Origin: a virus
Reading direction: 5' to 3' (one strand)
DNA: 64,000 bases
Virus record (IMG/VR): IMGVR_UViG_3300042564_002580
Location: 1 to 64,000 of that record
Positions 30,561-38,846 of the stretch are shown here, one piece after another (position 1 is the first letter of the stretch; every line of letters starts with the position of its first letter). A program made the translations under genes and the position numbers. The notes below the pieces were generated by a model, which was not told the DNA's origin, searched no databases, and saw only the letters and a program-made list of their open reading frames with translations.

Positions 30561-32615
30561 TTATTCGAAATCCTTAAAAATTTCTTCAAGCTTTAAGATT
30601 TGCTCATCGGTAAGATGATCAATTTCAATTGCTTTTTCAAATCCAAAAAAATCCATTATTCGTTTTCCATTTCTGCTAGATAATCCTCATGTTCAACTAA
30701 TCCAATCGCAAAAGCAACAGGGTCGCAACATTCCAAAATTTCGGCGGGTGTAAAAGTTGAATAACCAATTTTTACAGTAGGATAAACATCATTTAGTAAA
30801 TCAATAAAACTTTCTTTAATTTCTAAATCTTTTTCGAATTGTGATTTCATTCGCTTAACTCCAAATCTCTTATGTCGGCAACATAAACATTATTTTTATT
30901 TATTCCGTATTTTAATTGAAATTGAAATGTATCAATAGCCTCATCATAGGATTCAGCCTCGACATTTATAAAAGCATTAAACTCATAAACTGGCATGATT
31001 ACCAACACTCCTCACATGTGAATTTAGTAAAGTCTGCATCTTTTGCAAAAATCTCTAAATAGTTATTCGAACAAATTGTGCATGATAGCAAATAAGTATT
31101 TGCCTTTTGGTACATGTATGGATTAGAGTTAGATAACTCTCTATTCTCTAAAACCTCTGATGAAATTAAAATACTCATTTAGTTAAACTCCAATCGGTGT
31201 AAAATGGTAAGCGGTCATAGTCATCATAGAAATAAACTCTATCTATGTTCTGCTCGCATGTTTCGCAGAAAGTGTATTCGACATCTACGCCCATGCCATA
31301 GGTAGTAGATACGCTCTCCATGTGTGGAGTGTGTGTATGTGTATTTGTTAGTGTAGTCATTTGAGACCACCTTTCTTTTTCGTTATGGTAGTATTTTACC
31401 ACGGGGGTCTGACATTTATCTACCTACTAGCCAGTAATTCCAAGATGTGAGACGCTCAGCCTATGTGATAATTATCACATAAATTCTGGGGTTTTCCACA
31501 GATGCCCGTAACCCTGTGGATAACCCCGCTCTTTTGCGGGCCAGCTTGACATTGTCAAGCCGACACGCCGTTAGGCTAGTGTGATCTTTCCGACTTTATG
31601 TGTTGCCATTCATCTATCCACTCACGCACTACTATGCGCCCCATAATAAGGGCGGGGATAGCAATAGATAACTGCACTAGTGTAGTTAGTAGTCTATTCA
31701 TTAGACACCCCACTCATCATTAGGTAATTTATCCATTTCATTGTTAATTAGAGATGCCCATCTATGCGCCTGTATTCTCTTATAAACCTTATAACCGATA
31801 AAAACAAGGGCAGACAAGATAAGGAAAGCCCATGATAGGGATAGATAGAGGAAGTCCCCTAAGTCAAGCATTAAGCCGTATTCATTTAGTTCGATAGTCA
31901 TTATTAATTCTCCCATGATAGTGCGTATAGTTTTGCTAGTTCGTCTGTATCTTCATCATTAAACTCATCTAGTGGAGGTTGTTCCTCATCTACCTCATCA
32001 AGGTATGTGTATGCGTCTGCGACATCTTCTTGGATAGTATCCCATTTAGATACGCTGTTATTCTCGTATGAGTATGCGTATGACATTACTTATTCATCTC
32101 CTTAGCAATAGCCTCTGATTTAGTAAGTGCCTCTAGTGCTATGGCTAGAGAGGCGAGGCGTTGCGCCTCCACCATTTGCTTGTATTCATCTAGTGTCATT
32201 AGTTAGTTTCTACCTTTCGCAAGTGTGCTACTACATTTTTAGAAATCTTTTGTAAATCTTTAACTGTCTTAGTCATCTCATCTACGCTATTAGCGGTTTG
32301 AAATCCGAGGAATTGTGAGCCGTCCCAAATTGTGTATGTTATTGTCATTTACTGTTCTTCTTTCGTTTGTTGGTTATAATGGAATTGTAGCCTATTGGGC
32401 TGACATTATCAAGCCGACACGCACCCTGTGGGGTGTGAGTTGTGTCACATACCTCGCTTGAGGCGAATAGCCTCGACCTGTGCTAATTGCTCAGGTGTAG
32501 CGTTGCGGAAAGCCTGTACGCTCTCCCTTATCCAAGGTGACTTAGCCATAGCCTTTTCATGCGCTATGTGGCGAGCAAGGTCTTGCTCTGCCTTTATTCT
32601 ATTTAGTGTATTCAT
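30561..32615 (-). CDS. Small hypothetical ORFs (30561-30656, 30656-30850, 30847-30996, 30999-31178, 31175-31360, 31701-31901, 31904-32086, 32086-32199, 32199-32348, 32445-32615)
   Basis: Coupled ORFs behind TGTCAG promoters. Confidence 0.6.
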
Positions 32616-33000
32616 TAGATGAGTACCTTTCGTTTGTTTGTTATACCTTAAGCATAGCATGGGGGACTGACAAATTGAGGCACATCTCGGGCGTGTCGCA
32701 AAAAAATCTTTGTGATGCTCATCACACTCACGCTCAAGCCCAAAAGAATAATGGGCGCACTATCCAAAATGTCCGTTTTGTCCAGGGTGTGTATCATACA
32801 TGTAAAAAATATATTAACATTTTCTTAAATCCTAAAAAACAGTCGACTAGAATATAAGGCGGTGGTACAATAGAGATATGACATGTTCATTTTGCGATAA
32901 ATACGCATATACAAGTATGATCAACAGCAAAGGTGTTAAATATAACCTTTGCGAGATACATGTAAAAAAAATTAGCACAATTGACAAGTAAGGCAAAGCA

Positions 33001-33894
33001 TTGATTGATTCAGAATTACCATTCTTTGGATTTGGCGTAGATATTCCAAAAATTATATGGCAAACTGGAAAAGAAGATTTTGAAAATTTACAATATCCCT
33101 TTAATATAAACGTAGAAACCTGGAAACAGGTTAACCCAGAATGGGAATACAGATACTCCAATCAAAAAGAAAAGATTAGCCAGATAAATGATTTTGGAGA
33201 TAAAGATCTATCTGAGCTTTCATCTAAACTTTGGGGAGCATTTTTAGCAGATCTTTGGAGGTATATTGTTATATACAATCATGGTGGGGTATATGTAGAT
33301 CTAGATACCGTAGCTCGATTGCCCTTAGACATAATTAAATACAATATTACCAATAAGCTAAACGAAACATTTATAATGCCAGATCTAGGAAAATGGGGAT
33401 ACGGTACGCCAAATAGCCCTACAACTTCTATGTTGGTATATAAAGGATCGGAAGATGGCAAAAGGGTTTATTGTCAAGGCTGCTATGATTTTGTAGAGTA
33501 TATTTTGGAAAGAAATGGCAATAAAAAAATTTATCTACCAAATTCTTCTTTTGCTGCAATAAAAAGGGCAAAGCCAATTAAATATGTTTTAGATGAAGTC
33601 AAAGCAAGATTTGCTATGTTTAAAAAACTACATGATTATGATATTGATGGTATTCATGGATCTATACTTTTATCAGTAGACTGCTCTGCATGGGATTATG
33701 CAATAAACAAAAACCCTAAACTAGTAGCACAAAATTTTATATATCAATATGATGCAACACCACTTAAAGGATCACTTTGGGAAAATGAATCTAATAAAAA
33801 TAAAATTTTATTTAAAGATGAATTTATAGATTATGAAATTTTGCAAATAAACAAAACATCTTACAATAAGTTTATTAATAAAGCAGTCGACTAG
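33001..33894 (+). CDS. Glycosyltransferase, GT32/OCH1-like
   Basis: IPKIIWQT, ADLWRY..IY..GGVYVDLD (DXD). Confidence 0.85.
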   Translation: MIDSELPFFGFGVDIPKIIWQTGKEDFENLQYPFNINVETWKQVNPEWEYRYSNQKEKISQINDFGDKDLSELSSKLWGAFLADLWRYIVIYNHGGVYVDLDTVARLPLDIIKYNITNKLNETFIMPDLGKWGYGTPNSPTTSMLVYKGSEDGKRVYCQGCYDFVEYILERNGNKKIYLPNSSFAAIKRAKPIKYVLDEVKARFAMFKKLHDYDIDGIHGSILLSVDCSAWDYAINKNPKLVAQNFIYQYDATPLKGSLWENESNKNKILFKDEFIDYEILQINKTSYNKFINKAVD

Positions 33895-34225
33895 AATATC
33901 TTTTAAAATCCATTGACTTTGTAAAATAACAAATGCTACACTTAGTTTGCTTTGTGGGGGGCTTACCCTGAAACTCAATATGTACCAGATGACATCTGTG
34001 GATATATGTTCAGGAACTGCTTTCTCTATCTTTCCAAAAAGAAAAAATTTGGGGGGTAGGGGGGCTTTCCTAAAATCTAATATCCCCAGATAAATCATTA
34101 AAAACAAAGAAAAAAATACATAAGAAAAGGCGGGATAGAAAGATGAAGTTAATTATTGCAGTAGCCATAGTAACTGTAATGACTTTCATCCTTGGTATTA
34201 TATATCAGATAATAGGCTAATATAA

Positions 34226-34300
34226 GGGCCTATAGCTTAATCTGGTTAAAGCAATTGTCTTATATGCAATCGACTTTGGGTTCAAATCCCAATAGGCCTA
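34226..34300 (+). tRNA. tRNA-Ile(TAT)
   Basis: GGGCCTA/TAGGCCT acceptor, anticodon arm ATTGT-CTTATAT-GCAAT, T arm TTGGG-TTCAAAT-CCCAA. Confidence 0.85.
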
Positions 34301-34336
34301 CTTGGTTTCTCACTTAATAGAGAGTATAATACTTAC

Positions 34337-34954
34337 ATGACTAGCAGAATAGTAACCCATATACTTGAATCAAAACTTAAGGATCTCCCGTTTTCTGTTT
34401 TAAAAAATTGCCTTGATTCAGAAATAACGCCAGAAATGTTTATAGAGTATTGCAATAGTGTATATGACGAACAGATTTCAGATTGGGATAAAAACTGTTT
34501 TAGAAGCCCAAGACAGACAATAGAGGCAGATCACCTTAATTACTTTCCTGAATGGAAGATTATAGTAAAAGATTTATCTAAACTTTACGGGAATATAGAC
34601 ACTTATTATCTTAGTCTCATGCAAACTGGAGAAAAGTCGATAAATACAATACATGCTGGTCTTCACAATGATAGTGCAGATGTTGTTCACATAAATTGTT
34701 TTGGTCAAGTAGAATGGACTTTAGTTGACCCAAATGATGTGGATCAAAAAGAAAATAAAGTTGTCTTAGAACCAGGTGATATGCTATATATGAGAGGAAT
34801 GACTCTTCATCAAACCATTCCTTTGACCAAAAGAGGATCGCTTATATTTATGACCCTTCCCTTAAATACAGATTATAATTTTAGCACTGATAATCAAAAG
34901 GAAATGCTTTTAGAAGGTATTAAAAGTGATTTATCTAACAAAAGATACATCTAG
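34337..34954 (+). CDS. Cupin/JmjC-like oxygenase
   Basis: HNDSADVVH..G...W, LEPGDMLY....HQT. Confidence 0.7.
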   Translation: MTSRIVTHILESKLKDLPFSVLKNCLDSEITPEMFIEYCNSVYDEQISDWDKNCFRSPRQTIEADHLNYFPEWKIIVKDLSKLYGNIDTYYLSLMQTGEKSINTIHAGLHNDSADVVHINCFGQVEWTLVDPNDVDQKENKVVLEPGDMLYMRGMTLHQTIPLTKRGSLIFMTLPLNTDYNFSTDNQKEMLLEGIKSDLSNKRYI

Positions 34955-35115
34955 TTTGTATGTGGAGTATAATAGTAAAATGATAGCTTATGATGTTCCT
35001 CTTTCCGCCCTCCTTTTTATAATGTGGGCTGGCATACCAGTGGAAGAATATATAAAAGGGCCTACTGAGGAAGAAACCTTAGCTTACATTGAGATGATAA
35101 GGAAGATTATTGCGG

Positions 35116-35373
35116 ATGAGTAAATACAGCATACTAACTGGGTTAAACTATGAAGAAGGCAAATGCGAATACTGCGATGAAGATGCATACGTGAAGCTAA
35201 CTATTAAACTAGAAAGCGCTAAGGATTTAAATGATCCTCATATATGCGAATCTAGATTTTGTTCTATAAGAGGTGGAGCACAATTAGAAAGCATTAAGTT
35301 GCTATGCTCTGAATGTTTAAATGAAAAGCTTCCACACGATTTTACTCACATGGGTAAATATGTTAATACTTAA
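35116..35373 (+). CDS. Small Cys-rich protein
   Basis: CEYC, C....C, CSEC. Confidence 0.55.
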   Translation: MSKYSILTGLNYEEGKCEYCDEDAYVKLTIKLESAKDLNDPHICESRFCSIRGGAQLESIKLLCSECLNEKLPHDFTHMGKYVNT

Positions 35374-35435
35374 TATTAGAGTCTCTATTTTTCGGCTCAC
35401 TTTTCGCCGCACTTTTTTAGTAGATAGTTTATATA

Positions 35436-36224
35436 ATGGTTAATGCTAATCCTGAAATACTAGAATTAAATTTAAAGCTTCTTTCAAGCAAAAAATTTGA
35501 AAAGCTTTCAGATGAGGTCTATATATATAGAAACTTTTTATCTAAGCAAGAATGTATAGATTTAATAAATGAAGCTTGCCAAGATTCAGAATCACACGAT
35601 TCTGAATTTACATCTAAATCTTTAGATAGATATAGACAAAGATTGCATGAAGAATTTAACTACGAATCTCAAAGTAATATTTCTGAAAACAATTTAGGCG
35701 GCCCCTGGGATAAGCTTTTGTGTCGACAGTTAGATAAAAATAATAATTCTAATTATACATTTTCTCCTCACGTAGATATATATAATTTTTTTGTAGATTA
35801 CCACAATGCAGCTGTTCTAAAACCACTAAAAAACTATACAAAAGTAACCCTTGGCCACATGTCGTTTATAATTTATTTTTCAGAAGACTTTGAGGGTGGG
35901 GAAATTCATTATCCAGAGTATGGCATTACATACAAGCCTAAAACTGGAGACATGATTCTTCATAATGTAGAAGTTGTTCATTCTGTAAAAAAAATATTGT
36001 CTGGGAAAAGATGGTCTTATCAGTCAAGTCTTAGTTCTATTAAATACATACCAGATTTAATGTACGCAAAATTTATAGAAGATAATGATTATTACATTCA
36101 ATGTACAAATGAAAAAAATATAGAAAACAATCCTATATTTTTTTATAGGTCTGATCAAGAACCAATTTTTAATGAAAGGCTAAAGCCGTTTGCTAGTGTT
36201 AAAGGAAATTGGGGCGGAAATTAA
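35436..36224 (+). CDS. 2OG-Fe(II) oxygenase, P4H-like
   Basis: HVD, EDFEGGEI, HSV..GKRW. Confidence 0.8.
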   Translation: MVNANPEILELNLKLLSSKKFEKLSDEVYIYRNFLSKQECIDLINEACQDSESHDSEFTSKSLDRYRQRLHEEFNYESQSNISENNLGGPWDKLLCRQLDKNNNSNYTFSPHVDIYNFFVDYHNAAVLKPLKNYTKVTLGHMSFIIYFSEDFEGGEIHYPEYGITYKPKTGDMILHNVEVVHSVKKILSGKRWSYQSSLSSIKYIPDLMYAKFIEDNDYYIQCTNEKNIENNPIFFYRSDQEPIFNERLKPFASVKGNWGGN

Positions 36225-37084
36225 TTTTTTAAAGAAGCTTTAAGTGCTTCTTCTTCTGCCATATCTGCAAAAAATGCTTCTGCCAAATCTAATCCTTTTA
36301 ATCCAGAGTCTTGCATCTCTTTAATTTTTTCTTTTGTAAACTGAGGATTTTCTATTAATGGCTTCATCCATTCAACCTCAAACTTAGAAGATTTATCTCC
36401 AATTTGCTCAAAGTACTCATCACTTTTGTAATTATAAAATGTTCCAGGATTATCTTCAGCTTTTAAAACAAAATTAGAGTAGGCGTATCTTGTCCCAGAA
36501 GTAACTTCTCTAACACCGTGTGCGTAATCAGAAAATGCTCCGTGTATTACTACATCTCCTTCTTCTGGCTGATACTCTAAGCATGGTCCATCAAAGTTCG
36601 TTGTTTTCTTTGTTCCATCGGGATTTATGTTTGGATAAAATATTGCTCCGCCTTCAAACTTTCCAAAGTACGCAACTAGACCGTAGTCAATTATGCAACA
36701 TGTTTGAAAAACATCTGGCTGAGATAAGAGATGACAAGAATGCTTACCTGGTGAATCAGAATGAATAAACATTCCGTTATCTCCAGGTTTTACTTTTAAG
36801 AAATTTCTAGATGGGTGAATAACATATTCTGGAAAAATTAATTCAGATATAAATTCCCAAATATCTATTATTCCATCAATTGCTCCAGTTGTTTTATCAG
36901 CATACCAATCAATTAATGTTTCTTCGTACTTGGTTGTAATTTCAGACTCTTTTTCAAGCTGGTCTTTAACTGAATTTAAAATTTCTTTAGGTATAATATT
37001 TTTAAAAACAAAAACCCCAGTCTTTGTTCCATAATCATCAATTGTTGTAACAATTGTTTTGCATTCTGGTTTATCGTAAAACAT
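36221..37084 (-). CDS. 2OG-Fe(II) oxygenase, P4H-like
   Basis: HSD, FEGG, HGVREVTSGTRY. Confidence 0.85.
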   Translation of the reverse strand: MFYDKPECKTIVTTIDDYGTKTGVFVFKNIIPKEILNSVKDQLEKESEITTKYEETLIDWYADKTTGAIDGIIDIWEFISELIFPEYVIHPSRNFLKVKPGDNGMFIHSDSPGKHSCHLLSQPDVFQTCCIIDYGLVAYFGKFEGGAIFYPNINPDGTKKTTNFDGPCLEYQPEEGDVVIHGAFSDYAHGVREVTSGTRYAYSNFVLKAEDNPGTFYNYKSDEYFEQIGDKSSKFEVEWMKPLIENPQFTKEKIKEMQDSGLKGLDLAEAFFADMAEEEALKASLKN

Positions 37085-37269
37085 TATTTCCTCCTAAAAA
37101 ATTTATCTAAAAAATTTTCAAATTTGCACAGCCAAGATTTGCACTCGTGTTTATTGTTGTTATTAAAATCAGCAAAATAAGGACGAGCCATAACCTGTTT
37201 AAAATGATCTCTTGCCATTTATTAATTATACCACTTATAATAAAAAAACCCCATTTCTGGGGCTTTTTA

Positions 37270-37859
37270 TTACTTAAGCAAATTATTTGCTAACATCTCA
37301 TCATATACTTCTGATAGAAGATATTCCATTGCAACTAAGCCTTCAGAAATTTTAGCTTCAACCTCTTCTTCTGGCATTCCAGAACCTTTACCAAGGTATC
37401 TGTTTCCTTCAAGAAACTTTTCAAGCATTAGTTTTATTGCTGATTCTTTATTCATTTTCTTCCTTCAAGTTATTATACGCTGGATTAGGCCCAAGGAGGA
37501 ACCCATCTTTATGATATTCTATCATTTTTTCTATTTTTTGTACATCTTCTTCGGATTTTGCCAGCATATTAGCAATTAAAACCATAATGTCGTATATCCT
37601 GTGAGACATTATGTAGTTTACTAGTGGCAAATTGTCTTCAAGAGCATCGCTTTTTTCAGAACCCGCCTCATTCGACATCTTTTGTTTTAATTCCATCTAT
37701 AGCTTCTTGCAAAGTGCTACCACTTTCAAGATGGTGATTTAAATACTTAAGAAATACTGATATTGCATTAGCTGCCAAGAAATCTGTATTCATATGTATA
37801 CACGGTATATTCCTTGAAACTGCTCTAACTAAATCCTGGTCTAAATCAACTTTTTTCAT
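37270..37859 (-). CDS. Three small hypothetical ORFs (37270-37455, 37448-37678, 37668-37859)
   Basis: Coupled ORFs ending at hairpin 37243-37270. Confidence 0.6.
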
Positions 37860-38055
37860 TAACTTCTTTTTCCATTCTGTCATAAAGGGCCAAGCCAATT
37901 TGCTTTTTATAATTACAGGCCAAACAATACAAGTATATACTATCTTCGGTATCTGTATTGGCAAAGAGAAAGCCTTGGCATAATGGACAATCCATTGACG
38001 CAACAAGGCCTTCTCTTGCAAGAGTTAAATACTTAGATACTAGTTGTACCTTAAT
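37846..38055 (-). CDS. Zinc-ribbon protein, probable ATT start
   Basis: SD AGAAAGGAG 5 nt before ATT; IKVQLVSKYL..CPLC..CLAC. Confidence 0.6.
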   Translation of the reverse strand: MKVQLVSKYLTLAREGLVASMDCPLCQGFLFANTDTEDSIYLYCLACNYKKQIGLALYDRMEKEVNEKS

Positions 38056-38067
38056 ATTAACTCCTTT

Positions 38068-38628
38068 CTAATTTTTAGATGGAAATTTGTTTAGCCACTC
38101 TTTTGTCTTAGTGGTTAAACCTTTCCATGACGACCAATCTTGACCGCCATTGGTCATATAATACGTTATCTCTGCGTTGATTGCTGGATCAAATAACGAA
38201 TAGTTACTGTCCAGTTTGAATTTTTCTTTACGATCATCACCTAGGTTTCCTAGCATGTTGATTTGAAAAATTCCGTAAGAACTGTCTCCAGTTTTCCTGT
38301 TGCCGTTATAAGCCATTGGGCGTCCGTTAGACTCCTTTTTAGCTACAGCCCACGCCATTTTAAGGGCGCTACCCTCAAAGCCTACAGCCTTGAGAAGTTC
38401 AACCAATTCTTTATCTGTTAAAGATTCGGATGGTTTCCACACAGTATTACTGAATTGCTTCAGCGTTTCCTTGTTAAGTTGTGCTTCGGTTTTTACATCT
38501 GGTTTTGCAACCAGAGCAGATGCTGATTGAATCATTTCTGGTTGACCAGTAAATAAAAACAATATAGCTACTGTTATTGCAACATAGTGATGTAAAACAT
38601 CGCTAAGTTTTTCTTTTATATTCTCCAT
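38068..38628 (-). CDS. Secreted lysozyme-like lytic transglycosylase
   Basis: Hydrophobic N-terminus; AVAKKESNG, SYGIFQIN, WSSW. Confidence 0.8.
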   Translation of the reverse strand: MENIKEKLSDVLHHYVAITVAILFLFTGQPEMIQSASALVAKPDVKTEAQLNKETLKQFSNTVWKPSESLTDKELVELLKAVGFEGSALKMAWAVAKKESNGRPMAYNGNRKTGDSSYGIFQINMLGNLGDDRKEKFKLDSNYSLFDPAINAEITYYMTNGGQDWSSWKGLTTKTKEWLNKFPSKN

Positions 38629-38846
38629 AGGCATTTCCTCCAATAGAGATAACGAACTATAAGAATACCATTGTGAGTATTAATATGTCAACCTAGATTA
38701 GTGCAATATTTTATTTTAGTTAACTAATAATAAGCTTGTTTTTAATTGTTTTATTAATAAACTCTTCACTTTCTTAAAAAAGTTTGGTAGAATAAGACTC
38801 TACTTAAATTAAATTAAACCGCTAGGCGGAGAAAAAGGTACTATTA

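Larger units (their letters stand above)
27320..31523. promoter_or_regulatory. Four pairs of DnaA boxes (TTATCCACA)
   Basis: 27320/27343, 29127/29148, 30480/30501, 31492 (one mismatch)/31515. Confidence 0.8.
20645..31545 (+). repeat. Dispersed intergenic element, 9 copies: TTCCAGGG-N15/16-CGTAA-N~12-CCC..GGGC
   Basis: TTCC(A)GG starts at 20648, 20795, ~21552, 24192, 26008, 27312, 29116, 30469, 31484; CGTAA 23-24 nt later in every copy. Confidence 0.85.
21275..32672 (-). promoter_or_regulatory. 15 copies of TGTCAG-N10-TANNNT promoter
   Basis: CTGACA (+ strand) at 21291, 22587, 23394, 24121, 25811, 25991, 27249, 28230, 28489, 29055, 30039, 30378, 31409, 32400, 32667 plus matching -10 hexamer exactly 10 nt away. 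Confidence 0.85.
27293..32726. promoter_or_regulatory. Six perfect CRP/GlxR-type boxes TGTGA-N6-TCACA
   Basis: 27293, 29098, 30432, 31464, 32434, 32711; one-mismatch copies at 24145, 24172, 26024, 28533. Confidence 0.75.

Noticed and set aside
20645-31560. Dispersed repeats as a CRISPR array or integron attC cassettes
   Set aside because: Copies are degenerate and mostly kilobases apart with whole operons between; no cas or integrase gene in the window; no GTTRRRY/RYYYAAC ends
32737-32805. Possible tenth scaffold copy (CCC..GGGCGC and TCCAGGG..TGTAA)
   Set aside because: Sub-motifs are out of order and spacing is 21 rather than 23-24
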